From the sequence record SRR9188677_85: DNA of 64,000 nt. One strand, 5' to 3'. The position numbers and the translations under genes were made by a program. Below are positions 1 through 9,548 of this stretch, piece after piece. The notes below the pieces were generated by a model. It searched no databases, had not been told where the DNA came from, and was given only the letters and a program-made list of their open reading frames with translations. Numbering within the stretch: position 1 is the stretch's first letter; the number at the start of each line of letters is the position of its first letter.

Positions 1-51
1 TTTGGCACTACCTTAGTCAAACGCCTGATCACATCGAAATTTCACTCCAAT

Positions 52-1176
52 ATGACATTTACAAAATTAAAAATTATCCTGAACCTGCTTATTTTTTGCC
101 TATTTCTAAGTGCGTTTACATCCTCAAAACAGACAAGTTCCATTAAAAGCCTTGAAAAAACGCTTGATTTGCTTATTGCAACTGTACCTGATTTCAGCGG
201 AATTTTGTTAATCGCGGACAAAGGAAAGCCAGTTTACCACAAAGCATTTGGTTACAAAAATTTCAATACAAAGGAACCTCTTACCACAGCAAACATCGTC
301 GAAATCGCCTCAGTTTCAAAGCAGTTTACTGCCATGACAATCATGATGATGCATGAGCAAGGAAAATTGAAATTTGACGACCCGATCGAAAAATACATTC
401 CTGGACTGCCTTACTCAGGTATTACAATCAGAAACCTGCTTAATCATACCTCAGGTTTGCCAGATTATCAGGATGTGATGGACCAGCATTGGGATAAAAC
501 CAAAGTAGCCAACAACGCCGACAATATTAATTATCTGATCAAATATCATCCCCCAGTACTTTTTGCACCGGGGGCCAAATATGAATATAGCAACACAGGT
601 TATATGCTTTTGGCTAGCATCATGGAGAAAGCCTCAGGAAAAGACTTTATTGAATTTTGCCGTTCGCAGTTTTTTAAGCCTTATCGAATGACCAAAACGG
701 ATATCCGGACATTGGACCAAAAGAAAGAATTAAAAGATCTAGCACTAGGCCACATTTACGTAAAAGAAAAGCGACGCTACGTTCCGGCAGATTCATTTCC
801 ACAATTTAACTATGCGATATGGCTTGGTAACCGCATTGGTCCCGGAAGAGTAAGTTCGACATCAGAAGATTTATTGAAATGGGACAGAGCACTTTATGGA
901 GGCAAACTAGTAAAACCAGAAACACTAAACCAAGCCTTTTCTCCCGCCAAACTGAATGATGGAAGTCTATCGCAATATGGCTTTGGCTGGCACATGGAAA
1001 CAAGCCCGAAGCTAGGAAAAGTAGTCCGCCACAGTGGTGACAATCCAGGTTACCAAACGCAATTCATCCGGTATATTGATGCGGATAAAACGGTGATTTT
1101 ATTTTGTAATAATGATCATGTCAGGTTGCCGGAAATTGTGAAGGGGATTGAGGGGGTGATGGAGGCTGGGGATTAG
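52..1176 (+). CDS. Serine hydrolase, beta-lactamase/class C PBP-like family, exported
   Basis: Hydrophobic N-terminus; SxxK (ASVSK), LLNHTSG, YxN (YSN) and HSG motifs. Confidence 0.9.
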   Translation: MTFTKLKIILNLLIFCLFLSAFTSSKQTSSIKSLEKTLDLLIATVPDFSGILLIADKGKPVYHKAFGYKNFNTKEPLTTANIVEIASVSKQFTAMTIMMMHEQGKLKFDDPIEKYIPGLPYSGITIRNLLNHTSGLPDYQDVMDQHWDKTKVANNADNINYLIKYHPPVLFAPGAKYEYSNTGYMLLASIMEKASGKDFIEFCRSQFFKPYRMTKTDIRTLDQKKELKDLALGHIYVKEKRRYVPADSFPQFNYAIWLGNRIGPGRVSSTSEDLLKWDRALYGGKLVKPETLNQAFSPAKLNDGSLSQYGFGWHMETSPKLGKVVRHSGDNPGYQTQFIRYIDADKTVILFCNNDHVRLPEIVKGIEGVMEAGD

Positions 1177-1467
1177 TATTTTTTTGTCAGGCGGGATTAC
1201 GGAACAGTATTTTTTATGTCAAATTTGTTGGAGACTTTTGCTGTACAGTTCATATTAGTCACTTACAAAGCAGATTCAACCAATATTTCCAGCGAAAAGT
1301 ATTTTCAAGAATTGGTACTTTAAAATCGAGTATGCGGTGCTGGGACGATCAGAATAGCTTTGATAATCGAAAACGGAAATTTTTATAATCTTTATTTTAG
1401 CATTTAGTTAGGATAAATTACGACTATTAATTCCGTACTTACTTATTATTTCATCATTGTTCCAGAA

Positions 1468-3366
1468 ATGAATTATTTAGAAAGGAATATTCAAATATTT
1501 AAAGATGTTTACAAAGGTCTCTTAAACGACCACTTGCAAAATGATGAAGGACTTGTTTTGGGAGGTCCTCACTTGATGGTAAGGGAATTGATTATTGAAA
1601 TTACAGATAACAAGCTTTCAAGGACAGAGAATAAGAAGTATTTTCAAAAAAAATTTAAAGAGATACTTAAAGAGGAATCGAAGTATTTGTCAAATCAGAC
1701 TACAAATTTTTCTCTTATTGACAAAAATTTACATACAGAAAGACTAGACTATTTACTAGAAATTTGTAGAAAAATTGAAGTGGCCTTTGACGATGGAAAA
1801 TACTTTAAATCAATTGTAGAATATTTAATTGAAGTACTAAGTGTAGATAATGGTTTTAATAACAAAGTATATGTCGATTTAAAAAATATTACACAGAAGA
1901 TTATTATAGAACTGATATTGAAGGGCTACAATATTAAATATCTTCACAACTTGGTAGACAGACTGTTTGACGAATATACAACCGATGAAAACGGGAACAT
2001 AATATCAAATTTCCCTTATGAAATTCTTAATTCAAAGAGAGATGAGTGGCGAAAAAACCCTGGATACAACGAAAATGAAAACTTGAAGGTGTTTTTGCAA
2101 AATCTCACGATTAAAGACAGGATTCAATTTTTAAACTATTTTATAGAGAAAAATAGGTCCGAAGTTATATATGTGTTCGCTATCGAAGGGTTAAAGGATC
2201 CTGCCAACCTCACAATTGGAAAGGTAACATTCCAAGCAAAAGAATTTCCTAGTGTTGAGATAGGATCTCAAAAGATTAAACTTGATAATTTTAATGCGAT
2301 TCAAAATGAGGACGACAATTATGCAATGGCTTTTGTTCAAGTAAATCACCTTACACCTGATTCCTCGCTAGACACAGCAATACTAGTCGCAAACACGGCT
2401 TTAAGTGTTTTATCCCTTTACATAAATCACAAAGTTCCTTTGAGGGTTATTACTGCGTCTTGGAAAGTAATAAGTTACCATGGCTCGCTTATCCAATGGA
2501 CAGGGTCCCCATCTGACAAGGAAAGAAGTAAAGCATACTATCAAATGAATGCTTACTCTTTAAGTAAAGGCCCAAGTCTGCCGTCCGAATATCTTTCATC
2601 AATATTTGAACCCAATATACTTGATGAAATCAATCAATTGGATTCCAAATTATCAAGCGCCATCCATTGGCATAGAAAGGCGAAGGAATCCAAAAATGAG
2701 GTTGATCAACTACTATTTTATTGGATATCGATTGAAAATATATTTAATGTAGATTCTCTCAATTACGCGGACGTGACCGGCGGGCAGAAAGGAGAAAAGC
2801 AAGGGTTAATTAAGAAGGTCATTGTATCTTCTATGTTTATGAGTTCATTACATGACAAAATTTGGAATCTTTATTGGTACTATCGAAATGTGACAGATAC
2901 ATATTTTGGTAACCCAAAATTATTCCCCGAGGATGTCATGAGGGAAGCTCAATTAAATCCACGCTTTGGGGAGGATATCGTTTTGGAATTATTTTTTTCA
3001 AGTCTGCATAAAATAAGAATACACGAACAGGATGAGATAAACATTGAGAAAATTGACCTGCTAAGTGATCAGTTTACTAATGCCAAATCTCATTTGAAAC
3101 TTTTAAAGGAAATTGAAGATAATATATCGGATGACGTTTTACTCGTCTATCGATTTAGAAACCTAATAGTTCATAACGCAAAATATAATAGCTTACTACT
3201 TCCATATTTTATATGGAAGGCAAAGAACTTTTCTGGTGTTTTAATCCGATCAATTCTCAAAGAGATGGAACAAAAGTCTTCTCATAAAGACTGCATTATA
3301 AACATAGGTACTTACATCGACTGGTACAAGCTTGAATTGGATTTTGGTAGAATAAATTGTTTTTGA
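1468..3366 (+). CDS. Large AT-rich protein with C-terminal ApeA-like HEPN domain (putative RNase/defence effector)
   Basis: FYWISIENIF helix followed by the Rx4H motif YRFRNLIVHNA; visibly more AT-rich than neighbours. Confidence 0.6.
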   Translation: MNYLERNIQIFKDVYKGLLNDHLQNDEGLVLGGPHLMVRELIIEITDNKLSRTENKKYFQKKFKEILKEESKYLSNQTTNFSLIDKNLHTERLDYLLEICRKIEVAFDDGKYFKSIVEYLIEVLSVDNGFNNKVYVDLKNITQKIIIELILKGYNIKYLHNLVDRLFDEYTTDENGNIISNFPYEILNSKRDEWRKNPGYNENENLKVFLQNLTIKDRIQFLNYFIEKNRSEVIYVFAIEGLKDPANLTIGKVTFQAKEFPSVEIGSQKIKLDNFNAIQNEDDNYAMAFVQVNHLTPDSSLDTAILVANTALSVLSLYINHKVPLRVITASWKVISYHGSLIQWTGSPSDKERSKAYYQMNAYSLSKGPSLPSEYLSSIFEPNILDEINQLDSKLSSAIHWHRKAKESKNEVDQLLFYWISIENIFNVDSLNYADVTGGQKGEKQGLIKKVIVSSMFMSSLHDKIWNLYWYYRNVTDTYFGNPKLFPEDVMREAQLNPRFGEDIVLELFFSSLHKIRIHEQDEINIEKIDLLSDQFTNAKSHLKLLKEIEDNISDDVLLVYRFRNLIVHNAKYNSLLLPYFIWKAKNFSGVLIRSILKEMEQKSSHKDCIINIGTYIDWYKLELDFGRINCF

Positions 3367-3511
3367 TGTCAAGCCCGGTTTCGACCTATCAAAATACGGA
3401 TACTTCCTGAAATGGCAGGAAGAATCATGACTTATACCAAATCTTTTAAGTAGATTAAATAAATCAAGGGTTTGGCAAATAGTTTTTACAAACATATAAC
3501 AACATTAAAAA

Positions 3512-3715
3512 ATAAGAATAGTCATCGCCAGAGGAAAAGAAAACTACGCGGCATATGCTGATAACGTTGAGATGATAACGGGTGAGGGAGATACAGTTCA
3601 ACAGGCCAAAGCATCGGTTTTGAATGCTGTAGAGATTATAAAGTCGTTTGCACCAGAGCATATTCCTCCTGCTTTAAAGGGCGAATTCGAAATCATTTGG
3701 AAAATTGGATCTTGA
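3512..3715 (+). pseudogene. HicB-like antitoxin N-terminal remnant lacking an ATG start
   Basis: Manual translation IRIVIARGKENYAAYADNVEMITGEGDTVQQAKASVLNAVEIIKSFAPEHIPPALKGEFEIIWKIGS*; in-frame TAA at 3506 just upstream; not in the ORF track. Confidence 0.6.
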
Positions 3716-3722
3716 AAATGAT

Positions 3723-3755
3723 AAACACCCCACCAGCAGCGCCAGTGGGGTGTTT
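3723..3755. terminator. Hairpin between the convergent hicB remnant and MYG1 gene
   Basis: AAACACCCCA...TGGGGTGTTT inverted repeat. Confidence 0.6.
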
Positions 3756-3783
3756 GAACCTAACCATTATCCCAATTAAAAAT

Positions 3784-4575
3784 CTATAATGTTTCCGCGA
3801 AGGAAACGGCTACTTCTTTGTCCTTTACTACGGCCATAAACCCGGAGCCATGCCGGAAAATGAAACCTTCACTTTCGGTGATGGATTCGGGGACTGTTGC
3901 AACGGTTGTATCTATGGTCTGAATTTGCCAGCCGTTTGCATGTGGAAGCACTACGAAAACGTGTTCCTTTTTACTTTTCCAAACGGTAGAGTATTCGTCG
4001 AAAACGGCTACGTTGTTCGCTAGTACCCTGCGACCGGCATAGTCGGCTTCTGATTTTGCTTTCTTTATAGCTGCATAAATTTCGTTTTCGATAATAACCG
4101 TCGCGAACCCAAGCGCCTTTTCGAACTGGACGATCTGTTCAGCGGCGTTGGTTACATCTCTATTAAAGCGTCCAATTAAGCTGGATGTATTTCTGAATCC
4201 GGAAGGTAATGCGTTGACTAACTCAAAAATGTTATCGCGGTTTGTGTCCATCGCGTCGATTGAACCGATAAAATTGCCGAAAAAGGGCTGTGCTTCTGGC
4301 GGACATATCCTGTTTTTGAAGTTTTCATAAATCAGTCCGGCTGCAGATTGTAACGCCATATCCTGATGATGATCGAAGTTGAACATCAAGGGGTTATATT
4401 CTCCGCCAACATCCAACACGGCGATCGAAGGATCGGCGATTGCGGCTGCCAGTATCTGCGGATTTCTGGTGCGTACGAGATCGACATTGTAACCGATATA
4501 TTTCAGCAAAGCCACGGCGATTACTTCATCTGCATGAAAACTGGTGTCGTGGGTAATAACTTTTAGATAATGCAT
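3784..4575 (-). CDS. MYG1 family (DHH-like) exonuclease/hydrolase
   Basis: THDTSFHADEV, DVGGEYNP, FDHHQ, SAAGLIY and FRHGSGF motifs. Confidence 0.9.
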   Translation of the reverse strand: MHYLKVITHDTSFHADEVIAVALLKYIGYNVDLVRTRNPQILAAAIADPSIAVLDVGGEYNPLMFNFDHHQDMALQSAAGLIYENFKNRICPPEAQPFFGNFIGSIDAMDTNRDNIFELVNALPSGFRNTSSLIGRFNRDVTNAAEQIVQFEKALGFATVIIENEIYAAIKKAKSEADYAGRRVLANNVAVFDEYSTVWKSKKEHVFVVLPHANGWQIQTIDTTVATVPESITESEGFIFRHGSGFMAVVKDKEVAVSFAETL

Positions 4576-4850
4576 AATTGAGAGAAAACAGGATAGGACA
4601 AATTTAATGGAATATTTCCTAATTATTGGAATATGTCCAAAAAATTATTGAAATAAAAAACCTTTGCCACGAATTACACGAATTAACACGAATCGCCGTG
4701 TAAACGTTGTATCTGACTACATCGCTTATTGGACTAGCATTAGCGATTTCGCAAAACCCCTCCAAGTATTATTATAAGGCTAATGCAGTTTCGATAGTAT
4801 CAGCGTGTAAAGAAATGCGCGAAAAATTTATTTAAAATATTTCTTCAGCC

Positions 4851-4877
4851 TGTCCGGATTCTTATATCCTCTTTGTC
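4851..4877 (+). promoter_or_regulatory. Putative ECF42-type promoter (TGTCCG-N17-TGTC) heading the small-gene cluster
   Basis: Same layout as TGTCCC-N17-CGTC upstream of yciI (29435-29461, minus strand). Confidence 0.45.
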
Positions 4878-4942
4878 TTCCTTTCAAATTAGCATGAAAA
4901 TTGCTGCGGACTTTAAAAGTTCGACGCAAAACAAATAGGATT

Positions 4943-5400
4943 ATGGAAGATCAAAAAAAAACCTGACGCCGGCGCCCGGACCAGCTTATAGATTGCTGGA
5001 TGCATTTATCGGAACGTGGCAGACAACTGGCAATATGAAGGTTGGCGACGGTGAAAATGACTTACGTATAACCGGGACAGACACTTATGAATGGCTTCCG
5101 GGGGGATTTTTTCTTTTACATAAAGTGGATGTCATGATGGGCGGGGATCGGAAGGAAAGTATAGAGGTAATCGGTTTTGACCCGGCCTCAAACAGTTATC
5201 CGATGCATTCGTACGACAATCACGGCGAAGCAAGTGTTCTACATGCGAGCGAGCACCACGGTATCTGGACATTCTTGGGTGAAAACATCAGGTTTACTGG
5301 CGCATTTAATGAGGACGGCAACACCATATCGGGGATCTGGGAGCAGTCGATGAATGATACCTGGGAGTTGCTGATGGATATCAAACTGGAGAGAAAATAA
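4943..5400 (+). CDS. DUF1579 family beta-barrel protein; ATG at 4943 is out of frame across an A9 tract (4953-4961)
   Basis: FIGTW...GTDTYEWLPGGFFLLH...GFD motifs; removing one A gives MEDQKNLTPAPGPAYRLLDAFIGTW. Confidence 0.7.
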
Positions 5401-5611
5401 TAAAAGGGCTCTTCACCAATTTGACCGCGAAGAGGCCAGCCAAAAGGCGCGAATATTATTGAAATTAATTTTGTTCGATCAGCTTTTTACATAAAAAAGG
5501 ATAAGCTGAAGACTAACAGGAGTTGGTTCGTTAGTCATAATTAGTAGAAGATTAGTATCCATTCGTGCATTCGTGGTTCAAAAAATTTTAATCAAGACAG
5601 CTAAGTAAACT

Positions 5612-6025
5612 ATGGAAAAGTATCAATTAACAGACGACGTAAAAATTATTTGTAACACCGCTAAATCATTTCCAGATGGAGTGATGGAGACTTTTACAAC
5701 ATTGGAATCGTCGGTTCCCGACATGGAGAAAAGGACAATCTATGGTATTTCGAAGCTTAATGATCAAAAGGAAATCATATACAAGGCTGCCGTTACAGAG
5801 CTAAATGCGGGAGAAGGTGAAACACTAGGTTTTGAGGCATTCACAATTCCTAATGGCACGTACATGACGGAGACCATCATGGACTGGCAAAATAATATGC
5901 AGGCATTCGGACCAACATTTATGAGGCTTTTGGATAACCCAAAACTTGACTGGGATTCGTGGTGCGTCGAATGGTACAAGTCCGACGATGAGGTGATGTG
6001 CATGGTGCGGGTTTTAGAGGAATGA
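5612..6025 (+). CDS. GyrI-like / AraC effector-binding domain protein
   Basis: SFPDGV..TF..LE, RTIYGIS, FTIPNGTY, CVEWY pattern. Confidence 0.7.
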   Translation: MEKYQLTDDVKIICNTAKSFPDGVMETFTTLESSVPDMEKRTIYGISKLNDQKEIIYKAAVTELNAGEGETLGFEAFTIPNGTYMTETIMDWQNNMQAFGPTFMRLLDNPKLDWDSWCVEWYKSDDEVMCMVRVLEE

Positions 6026-6213
6026 GTAAAGGCGTCACGCAGAGGTACATAGGTTCGCTTGTAGAGCGAAGAAAAGGATTTTCGCTTCTGCATTTTCCAT
6101 TGTCTCTTCGAATTCATCGTATGGCGGCCGCTTCTTTTCTCTGCGTCAAACCTCCTGTTCTCTGCGTGAAATATTCAGTAAGGGAATGCAAAACCATCTA
6201 ACTAATAATAAAA

Positions 6214-6756
6214 ATGAGAAAGATAATTGTATCCATGATGGTGTCCCTGGATGGTTTCGTGGAAGGGGAAAATAATGATATCAACTGGCATGTCTTCGAT
6301 GACGAAATGGGAGAGTACATGCTCAACTTCATGGAAACGGTTGATACTTTCATCTACGGCCGCAAATCGTATGAACTGATGCTTCAATACTGGCCGGATG
6401 CTAAGGGCCATTTTGCAGATGTAATGAATGAGACACCGAAAATTGTATTTTCAAAAACGCTGGCGGAAGTGGCTTGGAATTCGAGATTGGTGAAGGATCA
6501 TATTTGGGAAGAAATGCAAGGCGAAAAACAGAAACCCGGAAAAAATATCGTGCTTTTTGCAGGGGCTGATCTTTTAACCACCTTCATCAATCTTGATCTG
6601 GTAGATGAGTACAGGTTGATTGTCAATCCGGTGGTTTTAGGAACAGGAACGCCGTATTTTAAGGATTTGCACGAACAGCTTAATTTGAAACTGACGGACA
6701 CCAAAACGTATACTTGTGGGAATGTGGTTCTTTGCTACGTGCCCGTCAGGAAATAA
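6214..6756 (+). CDS. Dihydrofolate reductase / RibD C-terminal family protein
   Basis: MMVSLDGFVEG, GRKSYE, LVDEYRLIVNPVVLGTG. Confidence 0.9.
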   Translation: MRKIIVSMMVSLDGFVEGENNDINWHVFDDEMGEYMLNFMETVDTFIYGRKSYELMLQYWPDAKGHFADVMNETPKIVFSKTLAEVAWNSRLVKDHIWEEMQGEKQKPGKNIVLFAGADLLTTFINLDLVDEYRLIVNPVVLGTGTPYFKDLHEQLNLKLTDTKTYTCGNVVLCYVPVRK

Positions 6757-6808
6757 TAAATATTTAGAATATATTACTTGTTTAATTATACTTTCCGTCT
6801 CCAATATC

Positions 6809-7222
6809 ATGACCAAAATCAATACCTATCTCGTTTTCAACGGTCAGTGCCGTGAAGCTATGGGCTTCTATAATAGCTGCTTAGGTGGTGAGCTTAACCT
6901 GCAAACTGTCGCAGAATCACCTATGGCACCGGATTGCCCGGCTTCAATGCAACACAGTATCCTGCACGCTTCATTGACAAACGGAAGTTTGATACTTTTT
7001 GGGTCAGACATGGGCGATCCTAATGGAAGGATTGTAGGAAACAACGTCACATTGTCGCTTGATTGCAGCAGTGAAGAACAAATTAACACATTCTATAAAG
7101 TACTGTCGGACGGTGGAAATGCCAACCAGCCTTTGCACCACTTCTTCGCAGGGATGATTGGTCAATTGACAGATAAATTTGGAGTGATCTGGAATCTCTA
7201 CTACAATAGTAATTCCCATTAA
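6809..7222 (+). CDS. VOC family (PhnB-like) protein
   Basis: YLVFNGQCREAMGFY, ILHASL, LTDKFGVIW; start moved to ATG 6809. Confidence 0.9.
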   Translation: MTKINTYLVFNGQCREAMGFYNSCLGGELNLQTVAESPMAPDCPASMQHSILHASLTNGSLILFGSDMGDPNGRIVGNNVTLSLDCSSEEQINTFYKVLSDGGNANQPLHHFFAGMIGQLTDKFGVIWNLYYNSNSH

Positions 7223-7275
7223 AGAAGAGATAAGAAACTTATAAACGTATTGTTAACTTTTAAAAATAAGTAGTC

Positions 7276-7806
7276 ATGAGCATCTTATTAAAAATTCTCG
7301 CTGGTCTTGCGACAATCATCGTGCTTCTTCTGGTTATCGCTTTGTTTGTGAAAAATGAGTATTCCATTCAGAGGGAAATTGTGATCAACAAACCGAAAGG
7401 TGATGTTTTCAATTATGTCAAATATTTGAAAAACATGGACCATTATAACAAGTGGGTGATGATGGACCCCAATATGAAAAAGGATTTTAAAGGTACCGAT
7501 GGAACGGTTGGGTTTGTATATGCCTGGGATGGCAACGACAAAGCCGGCAAAGGCGAACAGGAACTCAAGGGCGTCAAAGCGGACGAAAAACTCGACATAG
7601 AAATTCGTTTTATCAAACCGTTTGAAGGAATTGCACAAACCGAAATTGTGACCGAGTCCGAAGGTGCGAGTCAGACGAAGGTAAACTGGAAAATGGATGG
7701 ACGAAATAAATATCCTATGAATCTGACGAACTTGTTCATAGACAAATTACTTGGAACAGACTTGACTGCCAGCCTAGAAATGTTAAAAAGCAACCTTGAA
7801 AAATAA
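7276..7806 (+). CDS. SRPBCC (polyketide cyclase-like) protein with N-terminal TM helix
   Basis: REIVINKPK..VFNYV, GTDGTVGFVYAW, LEMLKSNLE. Confidence 0.85.
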   Translation: MSILLKILAGLATIIVLLLVIALFVKNEYSIQREIVINKPKGDVFNYVKYLKNMDHYNKWVMMDPNMKKDFKGTDGTVGFVYAWDGNDKAGKGEQELKGVKADEKLDIEIRFIKPFEGIAQTEIVTESEGASQTKVNWKMDGRNKYPMNLTNLFIDKLLGTDLTASLEMLKSNLEK

Positions 7807-7832
7807 CGCGGAATATCAACAAGCTAAAAACT

Positions 7833-8276
7833 ATGAGTACCAAACAAACTTTTACTACGACAATCATCCAGGAGGGCAAAACAGCAACCGGCATAGTTGT
7901 TCCCCAGGAAGTGGTAGAATCATTCGGAGTTGGTAAAAAGCCGCCTGTGAAAGTCACCCTGAACGACTACACTTATCGTAGTACGGTAGCGGTAATGGGA
8001 GGCAGGTTCTTGATTCCTTTAAGCGCCGAAAACAGAAACGGTGCTGGTGTGGCGGCTAATCAGGAAGTTGAAGTAACCCTTGAACTGGATGCTGAGCCAA
8101 GAACTGTTGACGTACCAGACGATCTCAAAACAGCTTTATTGGCGAAGCCTGGCGCATGGGAGACATTCGAAAAGCTTGCTTTTTCAAAGCGGAAAGAAGC
8201 TGTCAGAAATGTATCTGAGTCCAAAACTCAGGCAACCAGAGAAAAGAGAATTGCCAGCTTTGTTGATGGTGTTTAA
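7833..8276 (+). CDS. DUF1905 + YdeI/OmpD-associated family protein
   Basis: GIVVP, PPVKVTLN..YRSTV, VPDDL..AL, AFSKRKE...TREKRI. Confidence 0.85.
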   Translation: MSTKQTFTTTIIQEGKTATGIVVPQEVVESFGVGKKPPVKVTLNDYTYRSTVAVMGGRFLIPLSAENRNGAGVAANQEVEVTLELDAEPRTVDVPDDLKTALLAKPGAWETFEKLAFSKRKEAVRNVSESKTQATREKRIASFVDGV

Positions 8277-8277
8277 G

Positions 8278-8392
8278 GTTTGTGAAGACACAAGCCTTGG
8301 GGAGAAAGTTTGTGGGGACACAAACTTTGGCGGCAATGACACAAACTTTGGCGGGAGTGACACAAGTTTTGGAGACAATGACATATGGTTTG
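8278..8392. repeat. REP-like hairpins plus a degenerate 21-bp tandem repeat (GACACAARYTTTGG core)
   Basis: Core at 8287, 8317, 8338, 8359 and (degenerate) 8380; GTTTGTG-GGGA-CACAAAC hairpin. Confidence 0.75.
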
Positions 8393-8559
8393 TCGTAATG
8401 AGGGAGCAGTTTCAGTAGAACGATAAAGAACCGGCAGAATCTGGAAACGATGCCAAATGGGCGTTTTTACATCTTTTTTAAGATTACTATTGCCCGACCT
8501 ATTCACAAGCCAATTTTCTAAGTACAAAAACCAAATCAAAACATATAATTAACAACAAA

Positions 8560-8970
8560 ATGGCAACTCAAATTTTTGTTAACCTACCAGTTAAAGACCT
8601 TGACAAATCAGTAGCGTTTTTTACCAAAGTCGGCTATACCTTCAATCCGAATTTTACCAATGAAAACGCTACTTGTATGATCATTAGCGACACAATCTAC
8701 GTGATGTTGCTAGTCGAACCGTTTTTTCAAAGTTTCATTAAAAAGGAAATTGCGGATACCACAAAGGTTCAGGAAAGCATCATATGCTTGTCTGCAGACA
8801 GTAAGGAAGAAGTAGACAAAATAGTGAGGCTGGCCGTCGAAGCGGGTGGAACTGCTCCTGGCGAAGCTCAGGACCAGGGATTTATGTACAACCATAGTTA
8901 TGAAGATCTTGACGGCCATCTTTGGGAAATCGTGTGGATGGATCCCGCAGCTGTTCCGCCATCGGCATAA
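8560..8970 (+). CDS. VOC/glyoxalase family protein
   Basis: IFVNLPVKDLDKSVAFF, FMY..SYEDLDGHLWE. Confidence 0.92.
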   Translation: MATQIFVNLPVKDLDKSVAFFTKVGYTFNPNFTNENATCMIISDTIYVMLLVEPFFQSFIKKEIADTTKVQESIICLSADSKEEVDKIVRLAVEAGGTAPGEAQDQGFMYNHSYEDLDGHLWEIVWMDPAAVPPSA

Positions 8971-9052
8971 GTTGAATCACTGGGATTGAGAAGCAAAGAC
9001 ATCAATTTGTCTAAAAATAATCAAATATTTAAAATCAAAAAAGGTACAAAAT

Positions 9053-9430
9053 ATGAGAATTGCAGCAATTATAATCAGGGTATTAATGGGACTAATTTTT
9101 GTTTTTTCGGCAGTCGTGTTTCTATTTAAGCTCTTTCCAATACCGCCAATGACGGGAAATTTGAAGACTTTTAATGACGGTCTTGCAGCGTCCGGTTATT
9201 TTATGACATTTCTTAAATCGGTTGAACTTGTTTTAGGACTGTTGTTGATTTCGGGTTTCTTTTTGCCACTCACCACAATTATGATATTTCCGATTACCGT
9301 CAATATCATGATGGTACACCTTTTCCTTGCCCCGGAAGGTATACCGATGGCGATATTTATGTTGGGTGGAAACTTGTTTTTGGCCTGGTATTGCCGGAAA
9401 AGCTATGCTCCGCTATTTATTGCAAAGTAA
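9053..9430 (+). CDS. DoxX family membrane protein
   Basis: RVLMGLIF, E..LGLLLISG, PITVNI..H; four hydrophobic segments. Confidence 0.85.
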   Translation: MRIAAIIIRVLMGLIFVFSAVVFLFKLFPIPPMTGNLKTFNDGLAASGYFMTFLKSVELVLGLLLISGFFLPLTTIMIFPITVNIMMVHLFLAPEGIPMAIFMLGGNLFLAWYCRKSYAPLFIAK

Positions 9431-9548
9431 GAATATTGCCAATTCGATTGGAGTTTCGGACCAGGACAGTCTTTTGCAATACAAGAACCAAAGAGGTTCG
9501 CAGGCTTCAAATTTTGAATGATTCAGAAAGACTAACCACTAAGACATC

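Noticed and set aside
3464-3661. 65-aa minus-strand ORF
   Set aside because: It is the antisense shadow of the hicB-like remnant.
1177-4942. Defined mobile element or genomic island around the HEPN gene
   Set aside because: No integrase, transposase, tRNA or flanking direct repeats found; only a compositional shift.
8278-8392. Possible mini CRISPR array
   Set aside because: The 21-30 bp period leaves only 7-16 nt between cores, the repeats are degenerate, and no cas genes are present.
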